Below are positions 20,053-28,907 of a stretch of DNA of 54,608 bases, one piece after another. Origin of the DNA: Acidobacteria bacterium RIFCSPLOWO2_12_FULL_54_10. GTDB lineage: Bacteria; Acidobacteriota; Terriglobia; 2-12-FULL-54-10. The notes below the pieces were generated by a model. The model was not told where the DNA came from. It did not search any database and saw only the letters and a program-made list of their open reading frames with translations. The translations under genes and the position numbers were made by a program. Where the stretch lies: assembly GCA_001767075.1 (NCBI GenBank), contig MEKX01000019.1:3335-57942 (forward strand), read 5' to 3'. Position 1 is the first letter of the stretch. Every line of letters begins with the position of its first letter.

Positions 20053-20829
20053 ATGCGAAGAAAATGGCTTCGGGTTCTGATAGTTCTGGCGTTTGTGATT
20101 CCGGCGGTGGCGCAGGAGGGGGATTTTGAAGGGGACGGGGACGACCCGGCTGACATCTTTGGAGGCTACGGGGACAGCTCGGGCCAGCAGGGCCAGAGGG
20201 GGAATAATCCCCAGGGCAACCCGCTGGCGCAGTTCGACGAAGTGCTCGGCCAGGCAGGAATACCTCTCAGCGAGGAGCAGCGAACATTGCTCACCGCCAA
20301 GATGGAAGAACAGCGGAAAAGTATGAGGGAAGCAATTCCGGGAGGGGGACCGGCGGAAGGCCAGCGCGGAGGGCCAGGGAGCGGCCAGCCGGGAAGAGCT
20401 GGTGCAGGTCCAGGCGGGCGGCGGGGCAGTGGAATGCCGACGCAAATGGCGAACCGCATGGAAGCCTTCCAGGAAAGCCTGCTTTCCATTCTGACACCCG
20501 ATCAACAAAAAGTCTGGAAGGAATACCAGACGGCAGAAATCCGGAGGCGGGGAGGGTATCCGGCACTGCGATTAATGCTGGAAGAAGCAGGAAGCCCGCT
20601 CAGCGAAGAACAGGCATTAGCCGTGCAATCCGAATATCGTGATTATTTCGATCAGCGACGCGCGCTGCGCCCGGCAGTTAGCAGTCAGGCGGATGCAGCC
20701 CAACCGGATGCAGCAAAGTTGAAGGAGATGGAAGATCAGCACCTTTCGCGATTAATAAAACTGCTGAACGCCGAGCAACGCAAAGCGCTGATTGAGTCGC
20801 GAAGGAAGGAAACCAAAGGATCAAATTAA
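20053..20829 (+). CDS. Secreted Spy/CpxP-like (LTXXQ-motif) protein with an internal duplication
   Basis: Signal peptide from ATG 20053 (GAGAGG RBS); PLSEEQ occurs twice, plus ILTPDQQK and LLNAEQRK; Gly-rich linker. Confidence 0.65.
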   Translation: MRRKWLRVLIVLAFVIPAVAQEGDFEGDGDDPADIFGGYGDSSGQQGQRGNNPQGNPLAQFDEVLGQAGIPLSEEQRTLLTAKMEEQRKSMREAIPGGGPAEGQRGGPGSGQPGRAGAGPGGRRGSGMPTQMANRMEAFQESLLSILTPDQQKVWKEYQTAEIRRRGGYPALRLMLEEAGSPLSEEQALAVQSEYRDYFDQRRALRPAVSSQADAAQPDAAKLKEMEDQHLSRLIKLLNAEQRKALIESRRKETKGSN

Positions 20830-21129
20830 AGACGAGCTATCCGTGCCCGTTTCAGGACTTGAAAGGCTAATCCGAAGAGATTTCAAGAATTGGGAATCGG
20901 AGGGCGTAAAATCCGTGCTGATGTTCTGCTCTACGATATCCTCCTGGTCCTGAGTCAAATCCTCGCGGCGGTTGAAACCGATGGTGGCTTCGAGAATAAG
21001 AAAGACATCGTAACCGGCACTCTTAATATTGGCGATGGCCTCAGAAATCGGCTCGGAATCGGTCAGGGAATCATTAATCGCTGCGCCAAGATCTTTCATC
21101 AGATGCTTCAGATTGTCATCCAATTCCAT
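20821..21129 (-). CDS. Conserved hypothetical protein
   Basis: MELDDNLKHLMKDLGAAINDSL...GYDVFLILEATIGFN...FLKSLRI resembles a small Acidobacteria-conserved family (from memory). ATG at 21129; 9-nt convergent overlap with the Spy-like gene. Confidence 0.75.
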   Translation of the reverse strand: MELDDNLKHLMKDLGAAINDSLTDSEPISEAIANIKSAGYDVFLILEATIGFNRREDLTQDQEDIVEQNISTDFTPSDSQFLKSLRISLSSPETGTDSSSLI

Positions 21130-21401
21130 AGCGCCCCTTCCGATGCGGTAGCATCCTGACACTGCCCGATATCTCGTAATGCCCTGAAATCCATTGTAGT
21201 GGATTTTGAGGAAATGTGCATAGATATAGAAAACCGCCAGCAAGGAGAATCATTTTCTCCGATATGGAATTTTTTTGTAAATGTAAAGGACGGCTTGATG
21301 ATGAGCCGCCAACCTGTCGGCTAATTGGTCAGCGGGACGCTGGAGCTACTTGCGGGGGATACTATCACCTATTCTGAAACCGGCGGCCTATAACCGAACG
21401 A

Positions 21402-23501
21402 TTATGGCGCGACAGCAATGGTTACTGTATTGCTGGTTTGCCCCTCGAATGTGGTGAGTTGCAAGGAGACCGTGTTTCCTGTGGGTAGGCCGGCAGGCAA
21501 CTGAATGTTGAGCTGATACAGGCCTACGAAAAATGGAGCCAGGCCAGCAAACAGGACATTGGCCGCGGGGATTGCAGTTCCACCAATACGGACAGCAGGC
21601 TTGTTGACCATTTGCGGGACTGGAGCGCCATTCATTACAGGAGCGATACCGCTGGGGAAGGTGGGAGTAACCGATCCAAGTCCAGAGCAGTAAACAACAA
21701 TAACATCACCTGCATTAGCAGGGCGCACTACACGGCCCGCAACACTGCCCGCCGGAGCGGCAATGATATCGTCATTGCCAATCAAAACAGCGCCTTGATC
21801 GGGATTGGTGGAAGGAACTTCGAAAATTCCCGGAGCCGTGGGGCTGAGAGTCACATTAATGGTGTTGCCAGCAGCACCGGGACCTGTGAAGACGGTGATG
21901 TCGGCGGAGGAACCAGTGATTTCATAAGGGATCACCGCGTTGATCTGCCCTGGGCTTACAAACATGAGCGGCGCGAAACGGTTTCCGACTTTAACGCTGA
22001 CCCCACCAAGCCAAGTGGGCAATGGACGTGCCACAGCCTCTTCCAAACCATTGCTGCCTTTTCCGAATGCCAAATCCGAACCGCCGATAGAAAAAATAGT
22101 ACCGGGAGCGAGAGTGGTTCCAAAACCTGCGCCTTCACGGACCGGCAAACCGACGGTGGGATTTACCGTGGCGATGACGCCGCCGGGAGCAGCGGAGGTA
22201 GAGGTAGCATTGCTGAGGGTCAAATTTGACGGGCCTAAAGCAGCAGAAGCGCTGAGCGTGAGATTCGCTTCTCGGAATGGCTGGCCGTTCTGCAATGTGC
22301 CGCCGGAAGTAGCGCCCGCGGAGAGTCCTGTACCTGCAAAAGAAAAGTTGGAATCACTGGTCAAGTTCGTGCCGGTTACCAAAACGCGGTGGGTTTTGTT
22401 GCGAGGCAGATGAAGTGGGGAACCGGAAGCCGTTATAGAGTTCCCGATGATCAGGCCGAGCAATTCGATATTTAACTGGCTGGCGGCGTTAGCGGGGAGG
22501 ACGACATTCGCCGTGGCTCCTTGTCCGGCAGCCAAAGCAATCGAGGTGGGATTGGCCTGGCCACCTAAAAACGTTGTAGCAAAATTGTTATTGCCATCAA
22601 CATAGTAGCTGTTTGGCCCCGGCCAGCCGTTGGAGAGAGAAATTGGTCCATCGAGCGGTTCAACCAAAACGCGGTACGTGCCCGGCGGCAAGCCGCCCAG
22701 AACATAGTCTCCTGTTGCGGTGGTTAGCTGTGAAGCAACAGGAACGCCTCCGGTCTGGCTGACCGCGACGACGTGAGCAGACTTAACATTGGTTCCGGTA
22801 GAGGTTGTCACCTTGCCGGAAATCGTGCTCGTGCTGGGCGCAAAAGTCTGCACAGGGTAGACTGTGGCGATGGTAATCATGTCATCGGACTGAAGGTCTC
22901 TGCTGGCGATGCCGGTACCCGACTCCCCAAACGGATTCATCATTGAACTGAGAATGCCACTATGATCGAGGCCGAGCAGATGGCCGATTTCGTGAATGGC
23001 GACAGCGACGAGGTCAGTGGCATTGTTCGCCCCGACGGGCGTAAAGTTTCCAGCCGTACGGCTGAAAACAATATCCACATCGACAATTCTGGTGCCGCTG
23101 GCGGCGGTAATGGCGGCAGCCAATACTCCCGTGGGAAGAGCCCCAGAAGAATCTTGAAACGTAACTAAGTTTACGCCATCGTTTGGATTGGCGTTGACCA
23201 GTTGTTTATTGAGAGAGCATTCTGATTCAAGAGGACCAAAAACAATTGCCGCTCCGGAAGCTTGAGTCCAGGTGCGGAAGGCGTCATTGATAGCGCCCAA
23301 CACAACGAGCTGCTGGAGTTCTCCCGTAAAACCAGATACTCCGCCCGGATTGACGGCGCAGGAAATTGGCATGCCTTGCCATCGGACTGGCTGTCCTTGT
23401 GAATTAACAATAAAGGAACCAGCGTTAGCAAGATTAGGAAAGAACGAGAAGGCGAGAAGAGATGAGACGAGAACCAAAGCGCGGGAGTCTGTGATTTTCA
23501 T
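21402..23501 (-). CDS. Secreted matrixin (M10-like) metalloprotease with a carboxypeptidase-regulatory-like domain and a TIGR03437-type C-terminal domain
   Basis: Signal peptide; HEIGHLLGLDH (22994-22962) and Met-turn SSMMNP; ISGKVT..AHVVA; C-terminal LAPGTIFSIGG, APLMFVSPGQINAVIP and FAGLAPFFVGLYQLNIQLP. Confidence 0.88.
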   Translation of the reverse strand: MKITDSRALVLVSSLLAFSFFPNLANAGSFIVNSQGQPVRWQGMPISCAVNPGGVSGFTGELQQLVVLGAINDAFRTWTQASGAAIVFGPLESECSLNKQLVNANPNDGVNLVTFQDSSGALPTGVLAAAITAASGTRIVDVDIVFSRTAGNFTPVGANNATDLVAVAIHEIGHLLGLDHSGILSSMMNPFGESGTGIASRDLQSDDMITIATVYPVQTFAPSTSTISGKVTTSTGTNVKSAHVVAVSQTGGVPVASQLTTATGDYVLGGLPPGTYRVLVEPLDGPISLSNGWPGPNSYYVDGNNNFATTFLGGQANPTSIALAAGQGATANVVLPANAASQLNIELLGLIIGNSITASGSPLHLPRNKTHRVLVTGTNLTSDSNFSFAGTGLSAGATSGGTLQNGQPFREANLTLSASAALGPSNLTLSNATSTSAAPGGVIATVNPTVGLPVREGAGFGTTLAPGTIFSIGGSDLAFGKGSNGLEEAVARPLPTWLGGVSVKVGNRFAPLMFVSPGQINAVIPYEITGSSADITVFTGPGAAGNTINVTLSPTAPGIFEVPSTNPDQGAVLIGNDDIIAAPAGSVAGRVVRPANAGDVIVVYCSGLGSVTPTFPSGIAPVMNGAPVPQMVNKPAVRIGGTAIPAANVLFAGLAPFFVGLYQLNIQLPAGLPTGNTVSLQLTTFEGQTSNTVTIAVAP

Positions 23502-23513
23502 TGATGATGACCC

Positions 23514-24080
23514 TTACTGATTCGCCGTGGGCTGGTTTTGCCTGACAGCCGATCTTCTTATTTGGCGGAGTAACTGCGGCAACTGACGACTGGTGACTGG
23601 AGCTTGCAGGCCCAAGAAAAGCGGGGTTCTAGCAGAGCCGAGTGGGATGCTGCGACTTACGCTTTTCAAGCCGGTAACTGGATCGGTTATGACGGGGAGG
23701 TTGCCTTGCTCGAATCCAGTAACCTGCCGCAAACCTTGGGGCGAGGTCCAGACAAAGAAGACAGCTTCCTGGCCTGCTGTGAACTGAGGTACGCCGGAGA
23801 CGATCATCGCCATTCCTTCCAGTTCGCCGCCAGGCTCGTGAAGTTGAAAAACCGGACCGAGATTGCCTTTTAGATACTCCAGAGCCTGGACGTCATAAAC
23901 CGTGTAAATCATGGTTCGCGCCGAGTTCCATTCCACATGGCTGGCAAGGACATTGCCATAAACAACCGTTTGTGACTCTTCGGTCAAATCATCCAAGGCA
24001 AGTAATTCATAAACAGTTGCCCTAGCAGAGAAGGTGAGCGCAAAAGCTATCAACAGAAAACCAACCCGATGTCGCAACAT
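23514..24080 (-). CDS. Secreted hypothetical protein, possible NTR/TIMP-like OB-fold
   Basis: Signal peptide ending ARA|T; SQTVVYGNV..YDVQALEYLKG..PGG..FTAGQEAVFFV; strong GGGAGG RBS; ends 12 nt upstream of the matrixin start. Confidence 0.75.
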   Translation of the reverse strand: MLRHRVGFLLIAFALTFSARATVYELLALDDLTEESQTVVYGNVLASHVEWNSARTMIYTVYDVQALEYLKGNLGPVFQLHEPGGELEGMAMIVSGVPQFTAGQEAVFFVWTSPQGLRQVTGFEQGNLPVITDPVTGLKSVSRSIPLGSARTPLFLGLQAPVTSRQLPQLLRQIRRSAVRQNQPTANQ

Positions 24081-24132
24081 TACTTCCCTCCCTCAGTCAT
24101 ATCGGAAACTCGCATCGAAGCCATGAGCCATT

Positions 24133-24239
24133 AAAAGACAAAAGAAAGCCTGGCATTTAATCCTTTCCGATGCTCAAGGAGAGACATTGGGTTAGAACAA
24201 AGCCAGGCTCGTAATCCAGGCATCCCTGCACGAGGATGC
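24133..24239 (-). terminator. Terminator / structured 3' UTR of skp
   Basis: Hairpin GCATCC/GGATGC (24220-24239), then an 8-bp stem AGCCTGGC/GCCAGGCT (24147-24209) followed by TTCTTTTGTCTTTT on the minus strand. Confidence 0.55.
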
Positions 24240-24241
24240 AA

Positions 24242-24871
24242 TTAAGGCGTAGTGGCCGGAGTTGTCGCAGCGGGAGCTGGCTGCGGGGCCGGCGTGGTTG
24301 CTGTAGTCGCACCCGATGGCGCAGTCGCTGCGGGTGCTGCGCCGATTTGCGCCGAGGTCTGATCGTAAAGCTCCATTATTTTCTCGGTAATGTCGATGGC
24401 TGCATCGGCATAGAGAATGGGGCTTTGAGAGACATCAAGAACTAATTGATAACTGTTCTTTTTCGCATAGTCGGTGACAACGCCCATCATCTTGCGTCCG
24501 ATCTCGTTGACGGCATCCTGTTCGGCCTGCTGGAACTCCGAGGTGGCATCCTCATTGGTCCGATTGAAGGCCTTTGTTTTATCGTCAATGGAACGAAGCA
24601 GACGAGTTTTGGCATCTTCGCTCAGCATATTATCTTGCGTGCGCAATTGGTTTTGCAGATCAATAATTTCCTTCTGCTGTTTTTCCAATTCCGCCCGCTT
24701 TGGTGCGAATTTGTTCTGGAGCTCTTTCGCCGCCGACTGTCCTTCGGTGCTTTGGGCGATAGCCGCCTGGATATTCATGATCGCCAATTTGGGCGCCGCG
24801 TTCTGAGCGAAAGCGCTGATGCCCAAGGTCAAGCCGAGAACGAGCCCGATTGCTGGAATTGCTGTTTTCAC
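24242..24871 (-). CDS. skp: OmpH/Skp periplasmic chaperone
   Basis: KLAIMNIQAAI..EG, coiled coil, YAKKNSYQLVLD and ILYA..IDIT motifs. GTG 24871 has a GGAGG RBS and a signal peptide (track start is 24943). Confidence 0.9.
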   Translation of the reverse strand: MKTAIPAIGLVLGLTLGISAFAQNAAPKLAIMNIQAAIAQSTEGQSAAKELQNKFAPKRAELEKQQKEIIDLQNQLRTQDNMLSEDAKTRLLRSIDDKTKAFNRTNEDATSEFQQAEQDAVNEIGRKMMGVVTDYAKKNSYQLVLDVSQSPILYADAAIDITEKIMELYDQTSAQIGAAPAATAPSGATTATTPAPQPAPAATTPATTP

Positions 24872-24997
24872 CGAACCTCCTAAGACGGATATTTTCCCCG
24901 CCATACTTTCACACAGACTAGTCATCATATTTTTATTCAGCATATTTTTTACCGTCTCTGATTCATTTTGCTCAAAATCATAAAACTCATTCGGATA

Positions 24998-25849
24998 CTA
25001 CTTCTTCAGTTCCAAGGACTTCATCTGCCGGTCCTGAATATCGAGCTTGGATTTCAAGAATTTCGGATCATTGGCGTTCAACATAATGGCTTTGTCGATG
25101 TTCTTGAGTGCCTCTGAGTAATTCTCCTTACGTGCATGAGCTACTGCAATGCTGTAGAAAGTTTCGGCATCGTTGGGATTGATCTTGAGCATGGCTTCGT
25201 AAGTCTTGAGCGCCGTATCCAAATCGCCTTTATCCGCCGCCTGGATGGCCTGCCGGTCCAAAGCCATGATGTGCACTTGAGGCACCAGCTTTTCAAATTT
25301 TGCAGCATCCAGCTTTGCAGCCATGCTAATCGATTTGAGAGCTTCGTCAGCGTTCCCTAAGCCTGCATATCCCGCAGCCAAAATGTAATAAGAATCTCCG
25401 ATGCCAGGCAGCACCTCAACGGCGCGCTTACCCTTCTCAACGGTTTCGGGAAACTTATTTTGCTGAAGCATGCCCATGCCATCTTGTAAAAGGGATTGAG
25501 CATACGCGGGGGTGGGAACGATATGCGCGCAGGTTTGCTCCGCATTTCCAGAGAGACTAATGTGCGCTGATTTGCTGGGTATTCTCCCCTCAACGACAGC
25601 GTAAACCTGATAGGCCCCGTCATCCATGCCTTTGAACAAAACCACGCCCTGCTCGTCCGTCTTCTCTTTCTTTTCTTTGCTATTTTCCACGCTAACGAGA
25701 ACGGCCTGCGCCTTTTCGAGGGGCTTTCCAGTTTCATCCGTAAGCGTGCAGCGCAAGTTGCTTTTTGCTGACGCTGGTACCGCCAGAATGGCGGCTATTG
25801 CTATGGCGGCAAAACCGCCGATTATTTTTTGAAACCTTTCCTGAGTCAA
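24998..25849 (-). CDS. Secreted protein with a carboxypeptidase-regulatory-like domain and TPR repeats
   Basis: Signal peptide; TLTDETGKPLEKAQAVL; TPR-like helices such as YEAMLKINPNDAETFYSIA. Confidence 0.8.
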   Translation of the reverse strand: MTQERFQKIIGGFAAIAIAAILAVPASAKSNLRCTLTDETGKPLEKAQAVLVSVENSKEKKEKTDEQGVVLFKGMDDGAYQVYAVVEGRIPSKSAHISLSGNAEQTCAHIVPTPAYAQSLLQDGMGMLQQNKFPETVEKGKRAVEVLPGIGDSYYILAAGYAGLGNADEALKSISMAAKLDAAKFEKLVPQVHIMALDRQAIQAADKGDLDTALKTYEAMLKINPNDAETFYSIAVAHARKENYSEALKNIDKAIMLNANDPKFLKSKLDIQDRQMKSLELKK

Positions 25850-25929
25850 TTCCCTTTCCTCCTACTGAGTTATTTCAGAATCCGGTCTTTAGCTAATTTC
25901 TTGTCCTTTGCCACAAACTTACGAACCGC

Positions 25930-27474
25930 TCATGGAAGAAGTTGTGGCATCTCCGTTATGGCTTCCCGAGCAATTATAACCTGAGGGTCTGCTTCCACTT
26001 CAGCGCGATTCCCCCTCTCCATACCATATACCAGATTAAATATTTCCATCTCAATGCGCATTTTCAAATAACCCTGGTTGCTCTTCCAATCCAGCGGCGG
26101 AACGCGCACGTCTGCTTCCGTTAAATATTGCAGAAAATCGGACATGATCCGATCATCCGCGGCAAAATCCTGCGCAACTTTGCCAATGCGCTCCAGGCAC
26201 TTCTGGGCAAAGTTGATATAAGCAGTACTTTGATCCAGCCAAACAGCCCAGTCGGATAATTGCCATGAGGAAGCGATCTGATCGGGGTGAACGCCTCCAG
26301 ATGAACTAAGAGATCGTCCCCGTTCACTTAATACCCCATGCACTTCATTTTTAAGGATACCAGCCAAAGCCGTGTCCGGCAAGGGGCGTTGTACAGAACG
26401 TCCCTTGGGGGTAAAATGGCGAGCCGTTGTTAAAACCAGCGCGGTTCCCTCACTTAAAGGCAAAACCGACTCAGCCACCCCTTTTCCAAAACTGGGCTGC
26501 CCTAAAATCCAGGCCCGGTCAAACTCCTGCAAAGCAGCAGCTAGGATTTCGGAGGCGCTAGCAGAGCGCTCATTGATGACGACAACAATCGGGACGACAG
26601 GAAATGCCGGGTCGGAAGAAACTCGATACTCCTGGCCGGGAATCGACCGACCCCGCAGGCTTACAACCAAACTACCTTTCGGGAGAAATAATCCAGCGAT
26701 GTCGACAGCAGCGTCCAGCGAGCCTCCCGGATTGTCCCGCAGGTCAAGAATAATCCCGGTGAGTTTCTTGTTCGCCTGCCAAGATTCTAAAGCAGAACGA
26801 ATTTCCTGCGAAGTGGCTTGTTCCATTCCGCTAATATGCAGATAACCGATGCCCGGTTCCAACAGAAACACGCGATCCACAGCCGAGCTTTCCAACTCGG
26901 CGGGGTTCAACTCGAAATCCTCTGCGACTACCTTGCCACTGCGCAGTACAGATAATGACGCCTTCCCTTTTTTTGCGTCCTGCAATACCTGAAGCAATTC
27001 CTGCAAGTTCAGATTAGCGATCCGTTGTCCATTGATGCGAAGTATACGGTCTCCTGGACCTAAACCAGCTCGCGAAAAGGGAGTTTCCGGCAGAGCTTGC
27101 AAAACCAGAACTTGTCCTGACTGAATACTGAGAACCGCTCCAAAACCTTGCTGCACCCCGCGCTGCTGGTCTTTAAGACCCCCAAACTGATCCGCATCAA
27201 GGAATACGGAAAATGGATCGAGGCTTGCTAATGCGCCACGGATAGCACCTTGATAAATCGTGGTCTGAGGATCGATGGGGTCGGCAAACTGGGTAGCGAG
27301 GAGGTGATAGACCTTTGTAATCATTTCCAAACTTTTTTGGATTTCTACATTTGTTGTCTGCGTATTCGCCGATTTGGGAATTTGGGCTGCAATGGGCGTG
27401 GAATGCACCAGTAGTATAATTGCTGTCGCTGTCCATATCAGGCGCTGTATTCTTTGTACTGCCGACCTTTGCAT
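25930..27474 (-). CDS. S41 carboxyl-terminal processing protease with a PDZ domain
   Basis: LDPFS, PDZ loop GFGAVL, ILDLRDNPGG, catalytic Ser in SASASEI and catalytic Lys in SFGKG. Confidence 0.92.
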   Translation of the reverse strand: MQRSAVQRIQRLIWTATAIILLVHSTPIAAQIPKSANTQTTNVEIQKSLEMITKVYHLLATQFADPIDPQTTIYQGAIRGALASLDPFSVFLDADQFGGLKDQQRGVQQGFGAVLSIQSGQVLVLQALPETPFSRAGLGPGDRILRINGQRIANLNLQELLQVLQDAKKGKASLSVLRSGKVVAEDFELNPAELESSAVDRVFLLEPGIGYLHISGMEQATSQEIRSALESWQANKKLTGIILDLRDNPGGSLDAAVDIAGLFLPKGSLVVSLRGRSIPGQEYRVSSDPAFPVVPIVVVINERSASASEILAAALQEFDRAWILGQPSFGKGVAESVLPLSEGTALVLTTARHFTPKGRSVQRPLPDTALAGILKNEVHGVLSERGRSLSSSGGVHPDQIASSWQLSDWAVWLDQSTAYINFAQKCLERIGKVAQDFAADDRIMSDFLQYLTEADVRVPPLDWKSNQGYLKMRIEMEIFNLVYGMERGNRAEVEADPQVIIAREAITEMPQLLP

Positions 27475-27652
27475 GAATTACAGCCTCTCCAGCGCACTTC
27501 GTAAGGTTCACCTTGCATACCATTTGAAGTAAAACAATGAGGAATGGTTGCCAAACGGACAGCAAGTTATTTACTACCGTGCATTTGCCAAATTTGACGC
27601 GTAATAGATAGAATCGTCAAGCAAGATAAAATTGCGCCCTATTTAGAAGCTA

Positions 27653-28822
27653 ATGGAAACAAACATCCCTTTCATCCATTTGAAATCGCAATACGCATCG
27701 ATCCGCGAAGAAGTCGAAGCCGGCATTCACAAAGTCCTGGAGCGGCAATCGTTCATCCTGGGTGATGAAGTAAAAGAAATGGAAGAACTCATTGCACGGC
27801 TGCATAACTGCGCCCACGGCGTGGGCTGCGCTTCCGGATCGGACGCTTTATTGCTTTCACTGCTGGCCTTGGGAATAGGGCCGGGAGACAAAGTGATTGT
27901 TCCTTCCTTCACTTTTTTCGCCACAGCCGGTTCGGTGGTACGAGCCGGAGCGACTCCGGTATTTGTGGATATAGACCCGCGCACGATGAATATTAGTCCC
28001 AGCACGGTTGAGCAAGCTTTGGCAGACCATGACCAGAAGGACATAATCAAGGCGATCATTCCTGTACATCTTTATGGACAATGCGCTGACATGGATCGTT
28101 TGTTAAGTCTGGCTAAGCAGCACTCGCTGCCTGTGGTCGAAGATGCTGCGCAATCGATTCTGGCGCGGTACGGCGGGCGTCCGGCGGGGTCCATGGGCAA
28201 CTGCGGCTGTCTGAGCTTTTTCCCTACAAAAAATTTGGGTGGGGCGGGCGACGGCGGCATGATTCTCACGAATGACTCGAAATTGGCGGAACTATTGCAC
28301 CTGCTGCGGGACCACGGCGCTAGGGAAAGAAATTTTCATATTTTGGCGGGAATCAATAGCCGATTGGACACGCTGCAAGCAGCCGTACTACTGACGAAGG
28401 CCAAACATCTTCCCGGATGGACTGAGCAGCGACAGCAAAAGGCCGCATTCTATCAGAAACTGTTTCTGGGCGCAGGGATTTGCGATCCCGATGCAGTTTA
28501 TCCAACGGCTAAATTTCCTGTCGTGCTGCCTTACACGCAACCGGGGAATTACCATGTGTTTAACCAATACACTTTGCGTGTTGCGCGAAGGAAGGAGATG
28601 GCAGATTATCTGGCGTCGCATGGCATTGGAACAGCCATATATTACCCGCTGCCGCTGCATCGGCAACCTGTATTCTCCTGCCTGAACTACGCAAACGATG
28701 CCTGTCCAGAAAGCGAGCGGGCGGCGAGCGAAGTGCTATCCATACCGATCTACCCGGAACTTTCTGATGAACAACAGGCCCAAGTAACAGGCTGTATCAA
28801 TAAATTCTACTCGTCACGCTAG
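27653..28822 (+). CDS. DegT/DnrJ/EryC1/StrS-family PLP aminotransferase
   Basis: PVHLYGQ, VEDAAQ, SFFPTKNLG (PLP lysine) and NSRLDTLQA motifs. Confidence 0.93.
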   Translation: METNIPFIHLKSQYASIREEVEAGIHKVLERQSFILGDEVKEMEELIARLHNCAHGVGCASGSDALLLSLLALGIGPGDKVIVPSFTFFATAGSVVRAGATPVFVDIDPRTMNISPSTVEQALADHDQKDIIKAIIPVHLYGQCADMDRLLSLAKQHSLPVVEDAAQSILARYGGRPAGSMGNCGCLSFFPTKNLGGAGDGGMILTNDSKLAELLHLLRDHGARERNFHILAGINSRLDTLQAAVLLTKAKHLPGWTEQRQQKAAFYQKLFLGAGICDPDAVYPTAKFPVVLPYTQPGNYHVFNQYTLRVARRKEMADYLASHGIGTAIYYPLPLHRQPVFSCLNYANDACPESERAASEVLSIPIYPELSDEQQAQVTGCINKFYSSR

Positions 28823-28907
28823 GGAGAGAACGAGCTTCTAAGGTGTGTTGGCGGGATGTATGATGAGATGGAGTGCGATCGGTATCCGATAGCAGACTGC
28901 ATCGATT

